NCBI GenBank assembly: GCA_036401895.1
Contig: DASWTW010000024.1
Location: 1,730 to 65,729 of the forward strand
Direction of reading: 5' to 3'
DNA: 64,000 bases
From: Herpetosiphonaceae bacterium
Lineage (GTDB): Bacteria; Chloroflexota; Chloroflexia; Chloroflexales; Kallotenuaceae
Position numbers and translations under genes: made by a program. Under the pieces are notes generated by a model. That model was not told the DNA's origin and searched no databases. It saw nothing but the letters and a program-made list of their open reading frames with translations. Below, one piece after another: positions 29,998-40,725 of the stretch; position 1 is the stretch's first letter, and each line of letters opens with the position of its first letter.

Positions 29998-30237
29998 GAA
30001 GGAATGAACTCCTTAAAAGGATGAGAAAAGCATTACGCATTAGGACGTATACATCAACTATACATAGTATAACATGCTGTCACCGACGAACGGTGCAAGC
30101 CTGAATAGTTCGATCGGCGGGTACGCGCAGCCGGTCAATTGAGTATCATCCAGCCATTCCCGCGAAATTATCCTCATATCGGTCAGAGCATAGTGCTCCT
30201 GGCGCGACAAGCTTAGCACTCGAAAGAAGGTTTCCAT

Positions 30238-30990
30238 ATGGCTGGTACATTCGACGGCAAAATCGCGCTGGTCACCGGCGGCGCGACTGGCATCGGTCTG
30301 GGAACGGCGCAGGCGTTTGCACGCGCAGGCGCGACGGTTGTTATCGCCGCACGACGCGCAGATCGTGGTGAGCAGGCAGTGGAGTCGATCCGCAGCGAAG
30401 GCGGCAAAGCTTTGTTTATTCAGACCGATGTCGCTCAAGAAGAGCAGGTCGAGGCGCTGATCTCACAGATCATGGAGCGCTTCGGGCGCCTGGACTGCGC
30501 CTTCAACAACGCCGGCAAGCTAACCATGAAGCCGCTGACCGATTTTACGCTCGCCGAGTGGAACGAGCTTATCGCGACGAATCTCACCGGCATCTGGCTG
30601 GGCATGAAGTACCAGATTCCGGCGATGCTTGAGCATGGGCGCGGCGCGATCGTCAACATGGCATCGGTCTCAGCAGTAGCCGGTATGAGCTATACATCCG
30701 CTTACGCCGCAACCAAAGGCGGCATCGTCTCGCTGACGATCGCGTCGGCTGTCGAGTACGCTCGCCAGGGCATTCGGGTCAACGCCGTCAGCACCGGCGC
30801 GGTCAGGACCGAGATGACCGATCCGTTCATGTCGGCGGAACGGGAAGCGCAGACCGGCGCGATCTATCCGCTGGGACGAATCGGCAAGCCGCAGGATGTT
30901 GCCGACGCCGTGCTCTTCCTGTGCTCGGACGCGTCGAGCTTTATCACGGGCCAAAACTTGATGGTCGACGGCGGCTTCACCATCCAGTAG
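30238..30990 (+). CDS. Short-chain dehydrogenase/reductase (SDR) family oxidoreductase
   Basis: TGGATGIG cofactor motif, NNAG, YxxxK (YAATKGG). Confidence 0.85.
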   Translation: MAGTFDGKIALVTGGATGIGLGTAQAFARAGATVVIAARRADRGEQAVESIRSEGGKALFIQTDVAQEEQVEALISQIMERFGRLDCAFNNAGKLTMKPLTDFTLAEWNELIATNLTGIWLGMKYQIPAMLEHGRGAIVNMASVSAVAGMSYTSAYAATKGGIVSLTIASAVEYARQGIRVNAVSTGAVRTEMTDPFMSAEREAQTGAIYPLGRIGKPQDVADAVLFLCSDASSFITGQNLMVDGGFTIQ

Positions 30991-31074
30991 CGATTGCCAG
31001 AAATAGCGAGCGATTAAACGTTGTAGGGACACGCTACCGGCGTGTCCCTACTATTTTTGTGCTTCTACCTTTGC

Positions 31075-31701
31075 CTAGCCCGTGCCGAACTGCCGATCGC
31101 CTGCGTCGCCGAGGCCGGGCACGATATACGCGTGGTCGTTCAGGCGCTCGTCAAGCGCGGCAAGATGGATCGGCACGTCGGGATGCGCCTCACGCAGCCG
31201 CTTCACACCCTCGGGGGCGGCGATCAGACCCAGAAACTTGATCCGCTGCGCGCCCCATTGTTTGAGCACATCGACCGCCGCCGTAGCCGAGCCGGCTGTC
31301 GCCAGCATGGGATCGAGGATCAGGCAGAGATCGACGTCGGCCTGCGGTGGCAGCTTGTTGTAGTACGCGATCGGCTCTAGCGTCTTGGTGTCGCGGTACA
31401 GGCCCAGATGCCAGACGCGCACCGTGGGGATCATCTCCAGCACCGGCTCGACCATGCCCAGACCGGCGCGCAGAATCGGCACCAGTCCGATGCGATCGCC
31501 GATCTCCTTGCCGGCATAGGGCGCCAGCGGCGTCTCGACGGGCTTTTCCGTCAGCTGAAGATCGGCGGTCGCCTCGTAGATCAAGAACTGCGTGATCTCG
31601 CGCACCAGCTCACGAAACTTCTTGGGCTCGGTCTCGACGCGGCGCAGCAACGTCAATTTATGCTGAACCAGCGGATGGTTCGACACATACACCTGTTCCA
31701 C
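31075..31701 (-). CDS. upp: Uracil phosphoribosyltransferase
   Basis: GTG start gives [16 protein letters not shown] (canonical Upp N-terminus) with AGGGAGG 5 nt upstream; the track ORF's extra N-terminal 14 aa are rejected; PRPP-binding [11 protein letters not shown]. Confidence 0.9.
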   Translation of the reverse strand: MEQVYVSNHPLVQHKLTLLRRVETEPKKFRELVREITQFLIYEATADLQLTEKPVETPLAPYAGKEIGDRIGLVPILRAGLGMVEPVLEMIPTVRVWHLGLYRDTKTLEPIAYYNKLPPQADVDLCLILDPMLATAGSATAAVDVLKQWGAQRIKFLGLIAAPEGVKRLREAHPDVPIHLAALDERLNDHAYIVPGLGDAGDRQFGTG

Positions 31702-31755
31702 AACAGCCTCCCTTAGTTGATCTTGATGTGCATAGATTAACACATCGGCGGCAGG

Positions 31756-32703
31756 CTATTTGCGGCGTCGGCGGCGCGGTCGATCGTCGAGCGGACGCAG
31801 CAGCCGGATGCTGAAGAAGACCAGCACGGCGCTCAGCACGACGGCCTCGATCGTATAGATCAGCCAGGGCTGCGGCAGCATAAAGTTTTGCAGCGCGCCG
31901 TTGCGATCGAACACTGGAATAAACGGAATCGTGTTTTGGGAAACTGGAAAGAACAGCCCGGTTTCGCCCGCCGACAGCAGAAGCTCGCTGGAGCCGAGCG
32001 CGATAAACGGGTGCAGCGACAGGAACATCGTCCAAAGATACAGAAAGATCGGGCTGCTGGCCCACCGCGGCTCCGTCGAGCGCGACAAAAACAGGATCGC
32101 GAAGACCGCCAGCAAGAACGGAATGCCTAGCAGCACCACTACACTGGTCGCCTGCGTAACGATCGTCGCGGCCAAACTGCGGCGCATAATCACCGACCAC
32201 AGAATGCCGATCGAGCCAAACAGCATCACCGTCACAAACAGGCCCAGCAGCGCCAGCAAAAACTCCTGGATCGTCACGCCGCCGAAGAGAAACGAGACCG
32301 CCATGAATGGGATCACCGCCACGATCAGCAGCAGCGCGTAGGCCAGCGCGGCTACCAGCTTGCCGAGAATAATCTTCCAGGGCGGCAGCAGCGTTGAGAT
32401 CAGCAGATCGTAGGTCTCGCTTTCTTTCTCGGAGGTGATCGCGCTGGCCGCCTGGCCCGGCACAACGATCATGATCTGGATCAGCGCGATCGAGACAATG
32501 CCGATGAACAGGCTCTTGCCGATGTACTGCCCGGCGCTGAAGGGATCGTAGCGCACGGTTTCGGCAACCGACAGGTAGATCAGCACGGTCGGCACGGCCA
32601 GGATCAGCAGAAACACGGTCAGAATAATAAACGCTCGTGCGCCGCGCATCCGCCCACGCAGCTCTTTGACCAGCACCGGATTAGCGTTCGATAGCCAGCT
32701 CAT
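31756..32703 (-). CDS. ABC-2 type transporter permease
   Basis: 315 aa with 6 predicted TM helices; start overlaps the ATPase stop. Confidence 0.7.
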   Translation of the reverse strand: MSWLSNANPVLVKELRGRMRGARAFIILTVFLLILAVPTVLIYLSVAETVRYDPFSAGQYIGKSLFIGIVSIALIQIMIVVPGQAASAITSEKESETYDLLISTLLPPWKIILGKLVAALAYALLLIVAVIPFMAVSFLFGGVTIQEFLLALLGLFVTVMLFGSIGILWSVIMRRSLAATIVTQATSVVVLLGIPFLLAVFAILFLSRSTEPRWASSPIFLYLWTMFLSLHPFIALGSSELLLSAGETGLFFPVSQNTIPFIPVFDRNGALQNFMLPQPWLIYTIEAVVLSAVLVFFSIRLLRPLDDRPRRRRRK

Positions 32704-33746
32704 TGCGTCACTCCCCGCGTCACCTGCATAAAGATGTCTTCCAGATCGCTGACCTGGCTGGCGAAATGCACGACCGGCACGTTGGCGAGCGCCAGGCCAT
32801 GCACCAGCGTGCTCAGGCCCCCGTCATCGCCGACATAATCGACGTAGAGCACGGCCCGCTCGGCAACATCGGGCAGCGCATCGACGACGGCGACAGCCTG
32901 GCCGTCGGCTGCTACCGCTGCCACTGCCTGCGCCGGGCTCACGCCTTCGGCCGCCGTGTCCAGCCGCCGCACCTCGCGCACGCCCGGCAGCTGGCTCAAG
33001 ATCAGCTGCGCGCGCTCGGCGTCCGCCAGCACATGCACCTCGATCGTGCGGTGCGGCTGGAGCGAGGCCAGAATCTGATTAACCTCGCCGGTGACAAGCA
33101 GCTTGCCGGCCTCGATAATTCCGATATGCGTACACATCTCGGCTAGCTCGGTCAAAATATGCGACGAGATCATGATCGTCTTGCCGAGCGCGCGCAGCTC
33201 TTTGAGCAGCTCGCGCAGCTCGATGCGGGCGCGCGGGTCTAGGCCCGAGGCCGGCTCGTCGAGGATCAGCAGGCGCGGATCGTGAGCCATCGTGCGCGCC
33301 AGCGAGAGCCGCTGCTTCATGCCCCGGCTCAGGCCCATCACGTACTCGTCGCGCTTGCCGGCCAGATCGACCAGCTCCAGCAACTCGTCGATCTGCTGCT
33401 TGCGCCGCTGCTCCGGCACGCCATAGGAGGCCGCGAAAAAGTCCAGATATTCCCAGGCTTTCATGTTGTCATACACGCCGAACGAGTCGGGCATCCAGCC
33501 GACCAGCCGGCGGATCGCCTTGGGCTCGCGCGTGACCTCGGCGCCGGCGACCCAGGCCTCGCCCGACGACGGCTTGAGCAGCGCGGTCAAAATACGCATG
33601 GTTGTGGTCTTGCCCGCGCCGTTAGGCCCGATAAAGCCATAGATCGCGCCCTCGGGGATCGTCAGATTGAGATGATCGAGCGCGACCAGATTTTCATAGC
33701 GCTTGGTGAGATCACGGGTTTCAACGATCGCGGTCACGTTATTGCT
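32700..33746 (-). CDS. ABC transporter ATP-binding protein
   Basis: Walker A GPNGAGKTT, signature LSRGMKQRL, Walker B LLILDEP; GTG start at 33746 has AGGAG 7 nt upstream. Confidence 0.9.
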   Translation of the reverse strand, partial: SNNVTAIVETRDLTKRYENLVALDHLNLTIPEGAIYGFIGPNGAGKTTTMRILTALLKPSSGEAWVAGAEVTREPKAIRRLVGWMPDSFGVYDNMKAWEYLDFFAASYGVPEQRRKQQIDELLELVDLAGKRDEYVMGLSRGMKQRLSLARTMAHDPRLLILDEPASGLDPRARIELRELLKELRALGKTIMISSHILTELAEMCTHIGIIEAGKLLVTGEVNQILASLQPHRTIEVHVLADAERAQLILSQLPGVREVRRLDTAAEGVSPAQAVAAVAADGQAVAVVDALPDVAERAVLYVDYVGDDGGLSTLVHGLALANVPVVHFASQVSDLEDIFMQVTRGVTQ

Positions 33747-35889
33747 CCTTCTGGGCGGTCCACACATAGAGGCTCTCGCCGGCGACCTCAGCCGGGCTGC
33801 CGTTCAGCTGCATCTCGACCGGAGCTTTCGCCTCCCAGGCCAGCACATACCAGACTTGCTGTGCATCGACCTGCGGTGCCGGAACCGGCTGGGGCATATC
33901 GGGCGCAGGAGCGGCCGGCGCCATCGTCGGCACCACCTGCTCGGCCGCTAGCGCCGTCGGCGTAGGCAAGATGGCTGTTCCTGTTGGGAGCTGTGGACCA
34001 GGTGTCCCGGTTGGACCGCCCGGCGTCGGCGTGAATGTCGGCGTGATCACCTCGACCGGATCTAGCTGTGGTGGTGGCGGATACGCAGCCGCCGGCACCG
34101 CAGGCTCGGCGACTCCCATACCTGGAGCCATGAACTCGCCGAAGCCCTTGGGCTGAAGCACGCTCCCCATCTGGCGGATGACAGCCTGGCGCTGGACGGT
34201 CTCACCATCCGAGATCTGCAAGAAATCATAGAAGGAGTGATCCGGATTCAGCACTACCGTGCGATCAGCGCCCGGCTCAAGCACGTCGATCTCCTGAACC
34301 TGGCCATCGCCCCGGAAGAGCACGATGTCTACCAGCCGCCGATCGCTCAGGTTGCGCAGCGTCATCTGCTGCTGGCCGTTGACCTCACGTATCGTCGCCG
34401 AGACCTTGGGCGCGGCAACCGGCTGCTCCACCGCCAGCAGGCTGATGCCGCCGACATCAACCGACAGATCCGGCACCTCGACGCCGCCCTCGGCATAGAC
34501 TACGTCGAAATCCTCGGGGATGCGCTCCCACTGGTTTGCGCCGTCGGATACCAGCGCGTTGGATGGAAAGCCCAGATTGTAGGTCGAGCGCGTCGGCGAG
34601 AAGAGCGAGACATAGGTCAGCGCCTTGCCCTGCTCGGCCTCCTGCGGCACAAGCACGATCGCCAGCTGGTTGATCAGCGTCGAGCTGCCACGGCCGAGCG
34701 TGCCCCAGGCGTACGCGCCGATGCTAAACACAACCACCCACAGCGGAATCGTCAGGTAGGCCCACTCGCGGCGATTGAAACGCCGCAGGATCAGGTAGTT
34801 GATCGGGCCGACGATCAGGATATACAGGCTGAGAAAGCCGAAGAGGCCCAGTGCGGAAAGAAAGCTAAGCTGCGGCAGCCTCAGGGACTCGCGCAGAATC
34901 GAAAAGCCCTGGTTGCGCAGACTCTCGGAGAGCGACATCTGCTCCTGGTTCAGCGACAACAGCGATACCCACAGCCCAACCGGATTGCCCACATCGCGCA
35001 GGACTTGCAGATCGAACGCCGTCTGGATGATCGAGCCGGCGCCGAAAGCGCGCCGAACGATCAGCGGCTGTCCACCCTCGCCGGTAGCAACTACCCGAGC
35101 ACCATCGGCGGGCGCAAGCTGAAGCAGCGGCACCTGGCGCTCGTTATCTCGCAGCGCCCAGCCGGCCGCCTTCAAGCCCTGAAGATTGCTCGGGCTGCCC
35201 GCGCCGGCGACAGCTGCCGGCAGCAGATCGGCAAGGCCGCGCGTCATGCGCTCATCGCCGCCGACAATCAGCTGGCCGCCGCTGTCGATCCAGGCGCGCA
35301 GCACCTGGCGCTGCTGCTCGGTCCAGGCTGTGGTGTCGACCGCCTGAACAAACAGCGCATCCAGCGCTTGCAGCATCTCGACGCGATCCGGCAGCTCCGT
35401 GCCTTTGAGACGGACCAGCGAGGTCGGCGAGGCGTTACGCTCCTCGAAGGTGCTTAGCTCGGCCAGCGCGCCATCTTCATTGCTGATCACGCCGATCACA
35501 TTCCAGCCGATGCCGATGGGCTTGGCCATCACACTTTCGGTGCGGATCACGCGTGTGCCGTCGCGCAGCGTCACATCAAGGCGGGTATTACCAAAGTTAT
35601 CGCTGCCGCTGATCACCGGCACCACCAGCCGCTTGTTGGCGCCGCTGGGCAGATCCACCGGCTGGCGATAGGCCGTGCTCGCGCCGCGAAACGCCACCGA
35701 GAGAGTCGCGTTGACATCGGGGCCGCTGTTGGAGATCGTAACAACAACCGGAAACCAGTTTTCGGCCTTGAAGGAGCCATCGAAGCCAACCGTAATATCC
35801 CAGCTAATCGCTTGCTGCTGCGCGCTGGCATGGCCTGTACCGAAGATCAGCATGAGACACAGCAGTGGATATAACCAACGTATGTTCAA
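33739..35889 (-). CDS. Secreted/membrane ABC-transporter-associated auxiliary protein (GldG/DUF4350-like?), with signal peptide, two TM helices and Pro-rich C-terminus
   Basis: TTG start with GGGAGG 8 nt upstream gives a signal peptide (NIRWLYPLLCLMLIFGTGHASA); sits upstream of the ABC ATPase and permease in the same operon; family assignment is tentative. Confidence 0.4.
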   Translation of the reverse strand: MNIRWLYPLLCLMLIFGTGHASAQQQAISWDITVGFDGSFKAENWFPVVVTISNSGPDVNATLSVAFRGASTAYRQPVDLPSGANKRLVVPVISGSDNFGNTRLDVTLRDGTRVIRTESVMAKPIGIGWNVIGVISNEDGALAELSTFEERNASPTSLVRLKGTELPDRVEMLQALDALFVQAVDTTAWTEQQRQVLRAWIDSGGQLIVGGDERMTRGLADLLPAAVAGAGSPSNLQGLKAAGWALRDNERQVPLLQLAPADGARVVATGEGGQPLIVRRAFGAGSIIQTAFDLQVLRDVGNPVGLWVSLLSLNQEQMSLSESLRNQGFSILRESLRLPQLSFLSALGLFGFLSLYILIVGPINYLILRRFNRREWAYLTIPLWVVVFSIGAYAWGTLGRGSSTLINQLAIVLVPQEAEQGKALTYVSLFSPTRSTYNLGFPSNALVSDGANQWERIPEDFDVVYAEGGVEVPDLSVDVGGISLLAVEQPVAAPKVSATIREVNGQQQMTLRNLSDRRLVDIVLFRGDGQVQEIDVLEPGADRTVVLNPDHSFYDFLQISDGETVQRQAVIRQMGSVLQPKGFGEFMAPGMGVAEPAVPAAAYPPPPQLDPVEVITPTFTPTPGGPTGTPGPQLPTGTAILPTPTALAAEQVVPTMAPAAPAPDMPQPVPAPQVDAQQVWYVLAWEAKAPVEMQLNGSPAEVAGESLYVWTAQKEQ

Positions 35890-36094
35890 GGTACGAACCT
35901 CCCTTGCCCGGTTGTGCGCGTCGCAGACGCGGTTTGAAATGAATGGAGCGTGCGTGTCACCAGCGTAGCATAGATTCAGCCCTGGATTATGTTCTTGGAT
36001 CTGAAAGCTGGCTGAGATAATCGGGCGCGGCGGCACATAAACAAGCTCCACGATCCGCGGCGATCGTGGTAAAAACCGTACGCAGATTAACGCG

Positions 36095-37330
36095 CTAGGG
36101 CTGGGAGGAGTTCCCACGCTGGTAGATCTGCTGATACACCTCAAGAATATCGAGCGTGCTGTTCCAGTCGCGCTCACGCTGCTGCCACTTGAAGCGCTCG
36201 CGATACTCAAACACCATTCGCTGCACCTGATCCGGGTCAGGCACATGGTCGAAGGTAAAGTTGCCGCCGACGCCGGCGGTCTCGATCGTTACATCGCCGT
36301 AGCCAAAGATCCGCGCGACCACGTTGGGGCTGCTGGCATTGACGTTCTGGATCACGCCCAGCGTCGCCTCACGGCGGTCTTCATACAGGCCAAAGGGCAG
36401 CCGCTGCACGTCGATGACCTTGGACGGCTCCAGAATATAAATATCGTTGCGCCAGTCCTCGTACTGCCAGTAGAAATACAGCACAACGGCGGCAAAGGTC
36501 AGAAACAGCACGATCGGCGCGATCGTCGGATCGAAGAGGTCGAAGCGCGGAATAACATACAGCAGCAGCAGCCACAGGAGCAGCGCAACGCTCGGACCGA
36601 TCATATTTTTGAGCAGCACGACCCAGTGCCGGTGCCAGGTGATAATGCCGTTCTGGATCAGCGGGCCGAAAGGCAGCGCCGCCTGGAGTGGCGTATGAAT
36701 GGTGCTGGCGCGCTGGAAGATCGGCACCGGCAGCGTTACCACCGGCGGCGCCTGGGGATCGACGCGGCGGGCGACAGTCGCCTCAAGATAGCGCCGCTCC
36801 TGGTTGCGCTTCTCGCGCTGAACCTCGCCCAGAATCTGGCGCTGCACATTGGCCGGGCACTCGACGCGCAAAAACACGATCGGCTCAGTCGGGCCGGCAG
36901 CCTGGATCTCGATCCGGCCATACTTGAGCGTGTACTGAAACACATTCTCGATGCGCACGTTGACGTTCTGGATCTGCTCCAGCGGAATGGTCTCGTAGAT
37001 GTACGACAGCCAGAGCGTACGATCTTCGTGGATAATCCGCTTGTTGGAGACGATCAGATGATCGTTGCGCCAGTCGAACCAGATATAGACCAGCACCGCC
37101 AGCATGACGAGCACAGCGACGAGCAAAAGGGCATTCAGGGGATCGAGCAGCGGCGGCGGCTGTCCAAAAAAATCCGGCTCACGGCTGAGCGCGCGGCCGG
37201 CAACCACGATCACCGCGATCAAGCTGACCAGCGCCGGGATCAGGCCACGGATCAGCAGCGCAACCCAGTGCCGGTGCGCGATGTAGATAAAGCGCTCGTC
37301 TTGATCTGGCCGAATGTTGACCTTTGCCAT
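36095..37330 (-). CDS. Membrane protein with two TM-hairpin + bacterial PH (bPH_2/YdbT-like) modules
   Basis: Two repeats of paired TM helices, each followed by a roughly 100-aa beta-rich domain; pattern typical of YdbT-like proteins. Confidence 0.55.
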   Translation of the reverse strand: MAKVNIRPDQDERFIYIAHRHWVALLIRGLIPALVSLIAVIVVAGRALSREPDFFGQPPPLLDPLNALLLVAVLVMLAVLVYIWFDWRNDHLIVSNKRIIHEDRTLWLSYIYETIPLEQIQNVNVRIENVFQYTLKYGRIEIQAAGPTEPIVFLRVECPANVQRQILGEVQREKRNQERRYLEATVARRVDPQAPPVVTLPVPIFQRASTIHTPLQAALPFGPLIQNGIITWHRHWVVLLKNMIGPSVALLLWLLLLYVIPRFDLFDPTIAPIVLFLTFAAVVLYFYWQYEDWRNDIYILEPSKVIDVQRLPFGLYEDRREATLGVIQNVNASSPNVVARIFGYGDVTIETAGVGGNFTFDHVPDPDQVQRMVFEYRERFKWQQRERDWNSTLDILEVYQQIYQRGNSSQP

Positions 37331-37356
37331 TAGCCGCTCACACTATGAGTTAGCAA

Positions 37357-38103
37357 CTATTCCTCACGCCTGGCTGCCGCCATCACGGGATCAGCCGCGC
37401 TCACAGAATCGCTATCCTCCGGCGCCGGCAGCAGCGGGCTCGGCTCAGCCGGCGCGGCATCGGGAGCCAGGCGCGCCCGGTACACGCCACGATAGCCCGG
37501 CGGCAGCAGATCGGCGACACGCGCCATGACCTCCTGGGCGATCAGATCGCGGTTCTGGCGCGTTACCTCGCCGAGATCGGAGAGCATGAACGGCGCGCCG
37601 AAGGTCATCTCCACGCGCACCCGGCGATACCACGGAAACCGTTTGCTAAAAACGCGCTCGGTGCCGCTGATCGCGACCGGCACGATCGGGCAGCTAGCGC
37701 GCGAGGCGAGATAGACCACGCCTGCGCGGGCTTCCTGAGCCTCGCCGGCTTTGGCGCGCGTGCCTTCGGCGTAGATCGCAACCGGATCGCCGCCTTTGAG
37801 ATATTGCTCGGCAAGGCGCAGCGCCTGGCGATCGGCGCGGCCACGGTGGACCATGATCGGCTTGCCGGGCGGCAGCAGGAAGCTCAGCGGCCACTGCTCC
37901 GACAGCTCGGCCTTGGTCATAAAATGCACATGGCGCGGCACATACGCCAGCAAGCAGATCGGATCGATCATGCTGAGATGGTTGCCGACGATCAAACACG
38001 GCCCGGTCTTAGGAACATGATGCAGCCCGCGCACTTTGATGTAGATCGCCGTAGGAACCACCGCGCGCAGCGCATAATGCCAGGCTCGATAATACAAATT
38101 CAT
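37357..38103 (-). CDS. plsC: 1-acyl-sn-glycerol-3-phosphate acyltransferase (lysophospholipid acyltransferase family)
   Basis: HxxxxD motif GNHLSMIDP and AEGTR motif. Confidence 0.8.
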   Translation of the reverse strand: MNLYYRAWHYALRAVVPTAIYIKVRGLHHVPKTGPCLIVGNHLSMIDPICLLAYVPRHVHFMTKAELSEQWPLSFLLPPGKPIMVHRGRADRQALRLAEQYLKGGDPVAIYAEGTRAKAGEAQEARAGVVYLASRASCPIVPVAISGTERVFSKRFPWYRRVRVEMTFGAPFMLSDLGEVTRQNRDLIAQEVMARVADLLPPGYRGVYRARLAPDAAPAEPSPLLPAPEDSDSVSAADPVMAAARREE

Positions 38104-38105
38104 GC

Positions 38106-39032
38106 TTACATCTCTAGCTGAGCATACAAATAATCCAGGCTCAGGTCGGGCGTGACCGTCTCGGGCGATTTGAGCGTGACGATCGCGGCGATCTGCCCGA
38201 GCTGCACCGACTCTGCCAGCGGAATATTATGTGTCAAACCATAGATCACGGTTGCCGCCAGCGCATCGCCGGCACCCGTGGGATCGACGATCTCGGTTGG
38301 GATGCCGGGCAGATGACCAACCTCATCCGCCGACGCGTAGACGATGCCCGAGGCTGCCAGGCTGATCAGCGCCACACCCACGCCCAGCGATACCAGTTTT
38401 TGTGCCGCCGCAATCGCCGTCGGCACGTCGCGGACCGGCAGCCCGGAGAGCGCCTCGGCCTCAAGATCGTTGGGTGTGACCAGGAAAAAGCGCCCAACCT
38501 GCTGGCGAAAGCGATCGGCCAGCCCGAACGCGACCGGCTCGAATGCGACCGGCACGCGGGCGTTCTCACAGATCGACAGAATCGTCTCGGCGGTAGCGCG
38601 CGCGACGTTGGCATCGATCACGACCATGTCGGCGTTTTCAAGCAGCTCGGTGCGCTCCCGAATATGCTCAGGCGTGATCGCACGGCCGGCGGCGCTATCG
38701 TCAAGGCCAGCCAGCAGGCTGCCGTCGTGGCTGAGGATCGCGATGTAGCTCGACGAGCGCTGCTCGCCGGTCAGCATACAGCTCATATCCACGCCCGACG
38801 CCTCGGTCTGCTGCAAAATCGCTCGACCGAAATCGTCTTCACAGACCGCCGAGATCAGCGCGACCGATGTGCCGAGCCGGGCCAGATTTTCGGCGATGTT
38901 GCGGCCCACGCCGCCGACGCTCATCTGGATCGCTGCGGGATTCGAGGTTCCAGGAATAAAGTCGCGCCGCAGACGGCCCTTGATGTCAAGCGACGCGCCG
39001 CCGACAACGACGATGGAAGGTTGGCTGCCCAA
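38106..39032 (-). CDS. PfkB-family carbohydrate kinase (ribokinase-like)
   Basis: N-terminal GG motif VVGGASLD; C-terminal DPTGAGDA anion-hole motif. Confidence 0.8.
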   Translation of the reverse strand: MGSQPSIVVVGGASLDIKGRLRRDFIPGTSNPAAIQMSVGGVGRNIAENLARLGTSVALISAVCEDDFGRAILQQTEASGVDMSCMLTGEQRSSSYIAILSHDGSLLAGLDDSAAGRAITPEHIRERTELLENADMVVIDANVARATAETILSICENARVPVAFEPVAFGLADRFRQQVGRFFLVTPNDLEAEALSGLPVRDVPTAIAAAQKLVSLGVGVALISLAASGIVYASADEVGHLPGIPTEIVDPTGAGDALAATVIYGLTHNIPLAESVQLGQIAAIVTLKSPETVTPDLSLDYLYAQLEM

Positions 39033-39098
39033 TGGTTACACCTCAACTGAAGATCGAATTGGTAATATATTGCCGGCTGCACCCCTGGCGTGCGGGCG

Positions 39099-40298
39099 TT
39101 ATTGGCGCGGCGGCTGCTGTGGATTGGACGGAGCGGGCGACGTGCCGCTCACCTGCGCGCCTGTCGCGCCGGCCTGAGCGACATCGCGGAAGAAACCGCT
39201 CAGCTGCTGCTGATCCGACATGCGCTGCATCGCCGTGATCACAATGCGCTCGATGTCATCGGTAGAAAGCGTCGTGCCCTGCTCCTGAAGCGTGCGCACC
39301 ATCTCCGCGACCAGCCGCGCGGTTGCCTCGGCCTGCGCCTGGCCCAGCGTCCGAATCTCGTCGGCGCGAATCTCGGCCACCCGCTGCGCGTCTTCGCGCT
39401 GGCGCTGAATCTTGAGATCGCGATACTTCATGCTGATACGATCGGGATTAATCCTGACATCCAGCACGCGGAAATCGAGAATTCTAATGCCCCAGCGCGA
39501 CACCGAGTTTTGCAGCCGCTTCTGGATATGCCGCGCGTGAATCTCGCGGTCTTGCGCCAGATCGGTGGGGCCGCCGATGTTGGCGATCTCGGTGCGCACG
39601 CTTTGCTCGATCTCTAGCTTCATCTGGCGCAGGATCAGCTCGGTCCAGAACGCCACCTGCTCGTCGGTATCGGTCTCGCGTGGCTCACCGCGCTCTTTGA
39701 GCAAGAACTCATAGGCCTGCTCGCGGTTGGGAAAGCAAAAGACCACGTCGCGCGGCTGATCGACTTTGTAGCGCACCAGCACCTTGACCGTATCGATGTT
39801 GTAGAGCGAGCGCGTGTTGAGATTCTCGATGTACAGCTCAAGATCCAGCTCATACGCGGGCAGCGCCGCCATACGTCGCTCGACGATCGGCTTGAGCGGC
39901 CGGTGTAATCCTTCAGTCCAGACCAGTGCGCGATTCTCGGGCAGCTGGTTGATCACCAGGATCTGGCCGCGCTCGACAAAGACGGTGCGCCGGAAGAGCA
40001 GGGCGCCCGCGCCGATGAGCGCCAGAATCCACAGCCCGACGAAGCAGTAGCCGCCGTTGACGCTGCCGGTGAGCAGCCGGCCCCAGAAGGCCACGCCCAC
40101 AAGCGAGAGCGCGGCGGTCAAGCCGATCAGCACCTCGACACCGCGCGGCTGGTTGGTGTAGACCAGAAAAAAGCCTGCCGCCAGCAGCGCGATCCCCAGC
40201 ACCAGCACCTGCTGCGATCTGGTCTGCTCATAGATCGGCAGCAAGAAGAAGAGCATTAATAGTAAGAGCAGGTTGGGCAACATGCGACGCATACGCAA
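39099..40298 (-). CDS. SPFH/band-7 (stomatin/flotillin-like) membrane protein
   Basis: N-terminal TM helices, then an SPFH-like core and a long coiled-coil/Gln-rich C-terminus. Confidence 0.55.
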   Translation of the reverse strand: MRMRRMLPNLLLLLMLFFLLPIYEQTRSQQVLVLGIALLAAGFFLVYTNQPRGVEVLIGLTAALSLVGVAFWGRLLTGSVNGGYCFVGLWILALIGAGALLFRRTVFVERGQILVINQLPENRALVWTEGLHRPLKPIVERRMAALPAYELDLELYIENLNTRSLYNIDTVKVLVRYKVDQPRDVVFCFPNREQAYEFLLKERGEPRETDTDEQVAFWTELILRQMKLEIEQSVRTEIANIGGPTDLAQDREIHARHIQKRLQNSVSRWGIRILDFRVLDVRINPDRISMKYRDLKIQRQREDAQRVAEIRADEIRTLGQAQAEATARLVAEMVRTLQEQGTTLSTDDIERIVITAMQRMSDQQQLSGFFRDVAQAGATGAQVSGTSPAPSNPQQPPRQ

Positions 40299-40584
40299 TC
40301 CTTCATCCGGCAGCGTTCGGCTACTATTCGATTGGATTTGAGCCTACCGGCTCGTCAGCCGCAAGAGTTGAGCCACCGCCCTATGTCAAGTTGAAAAAAT
40401 CTGTCGCAAGCGATCCGGCGTTGGCGGCCAGAGAGGAGCATAACGCCCGTGCCAGAATAACGAGGGCGCGATCCCAAGCGCAACAGCGGTATTCGAATGC
40501 ATGAGCAGCGGCTGATCTATTTTACCGACGATTATACAGGAGATTTCTCCGGCTGACGTACCGATCTGCGATGCTGTACAGGCT

Positions 40585-40700
40585 ATACTTACTAAAGAAC
40601 AAAGGAGCCGAGAACCGAGAACCGAGAACCAAAGCAACCAGTGCCCGACGTGCAACCGCGGATGAGTGTTCATGCTCTATTCTTTGTTCTTTGTTTAGCT
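40585..40700. repeat. Intergenic GAACNNN heptamer palindrome (AGAACAAAGGAGCCGAGAACCGAGAACCGAGAACCAAAG ... TTCTTTGTTCTTTGTTTAGCTGTTCTTCC)
   Basis: Read directly; upstream of fmt. Confidence 0.65.
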
Positions 40701-40725
40701 GTTCTTCCGATGAAGGGATACTACC

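Noticed and set aside
34237-39050. Long plus-strand ORFs (406, 362, 273 aa)
   Set aside because: Antisense to the GldG-like, bPH and PfkB genes respectively; R/H/D/Q-rich low-complexity translations
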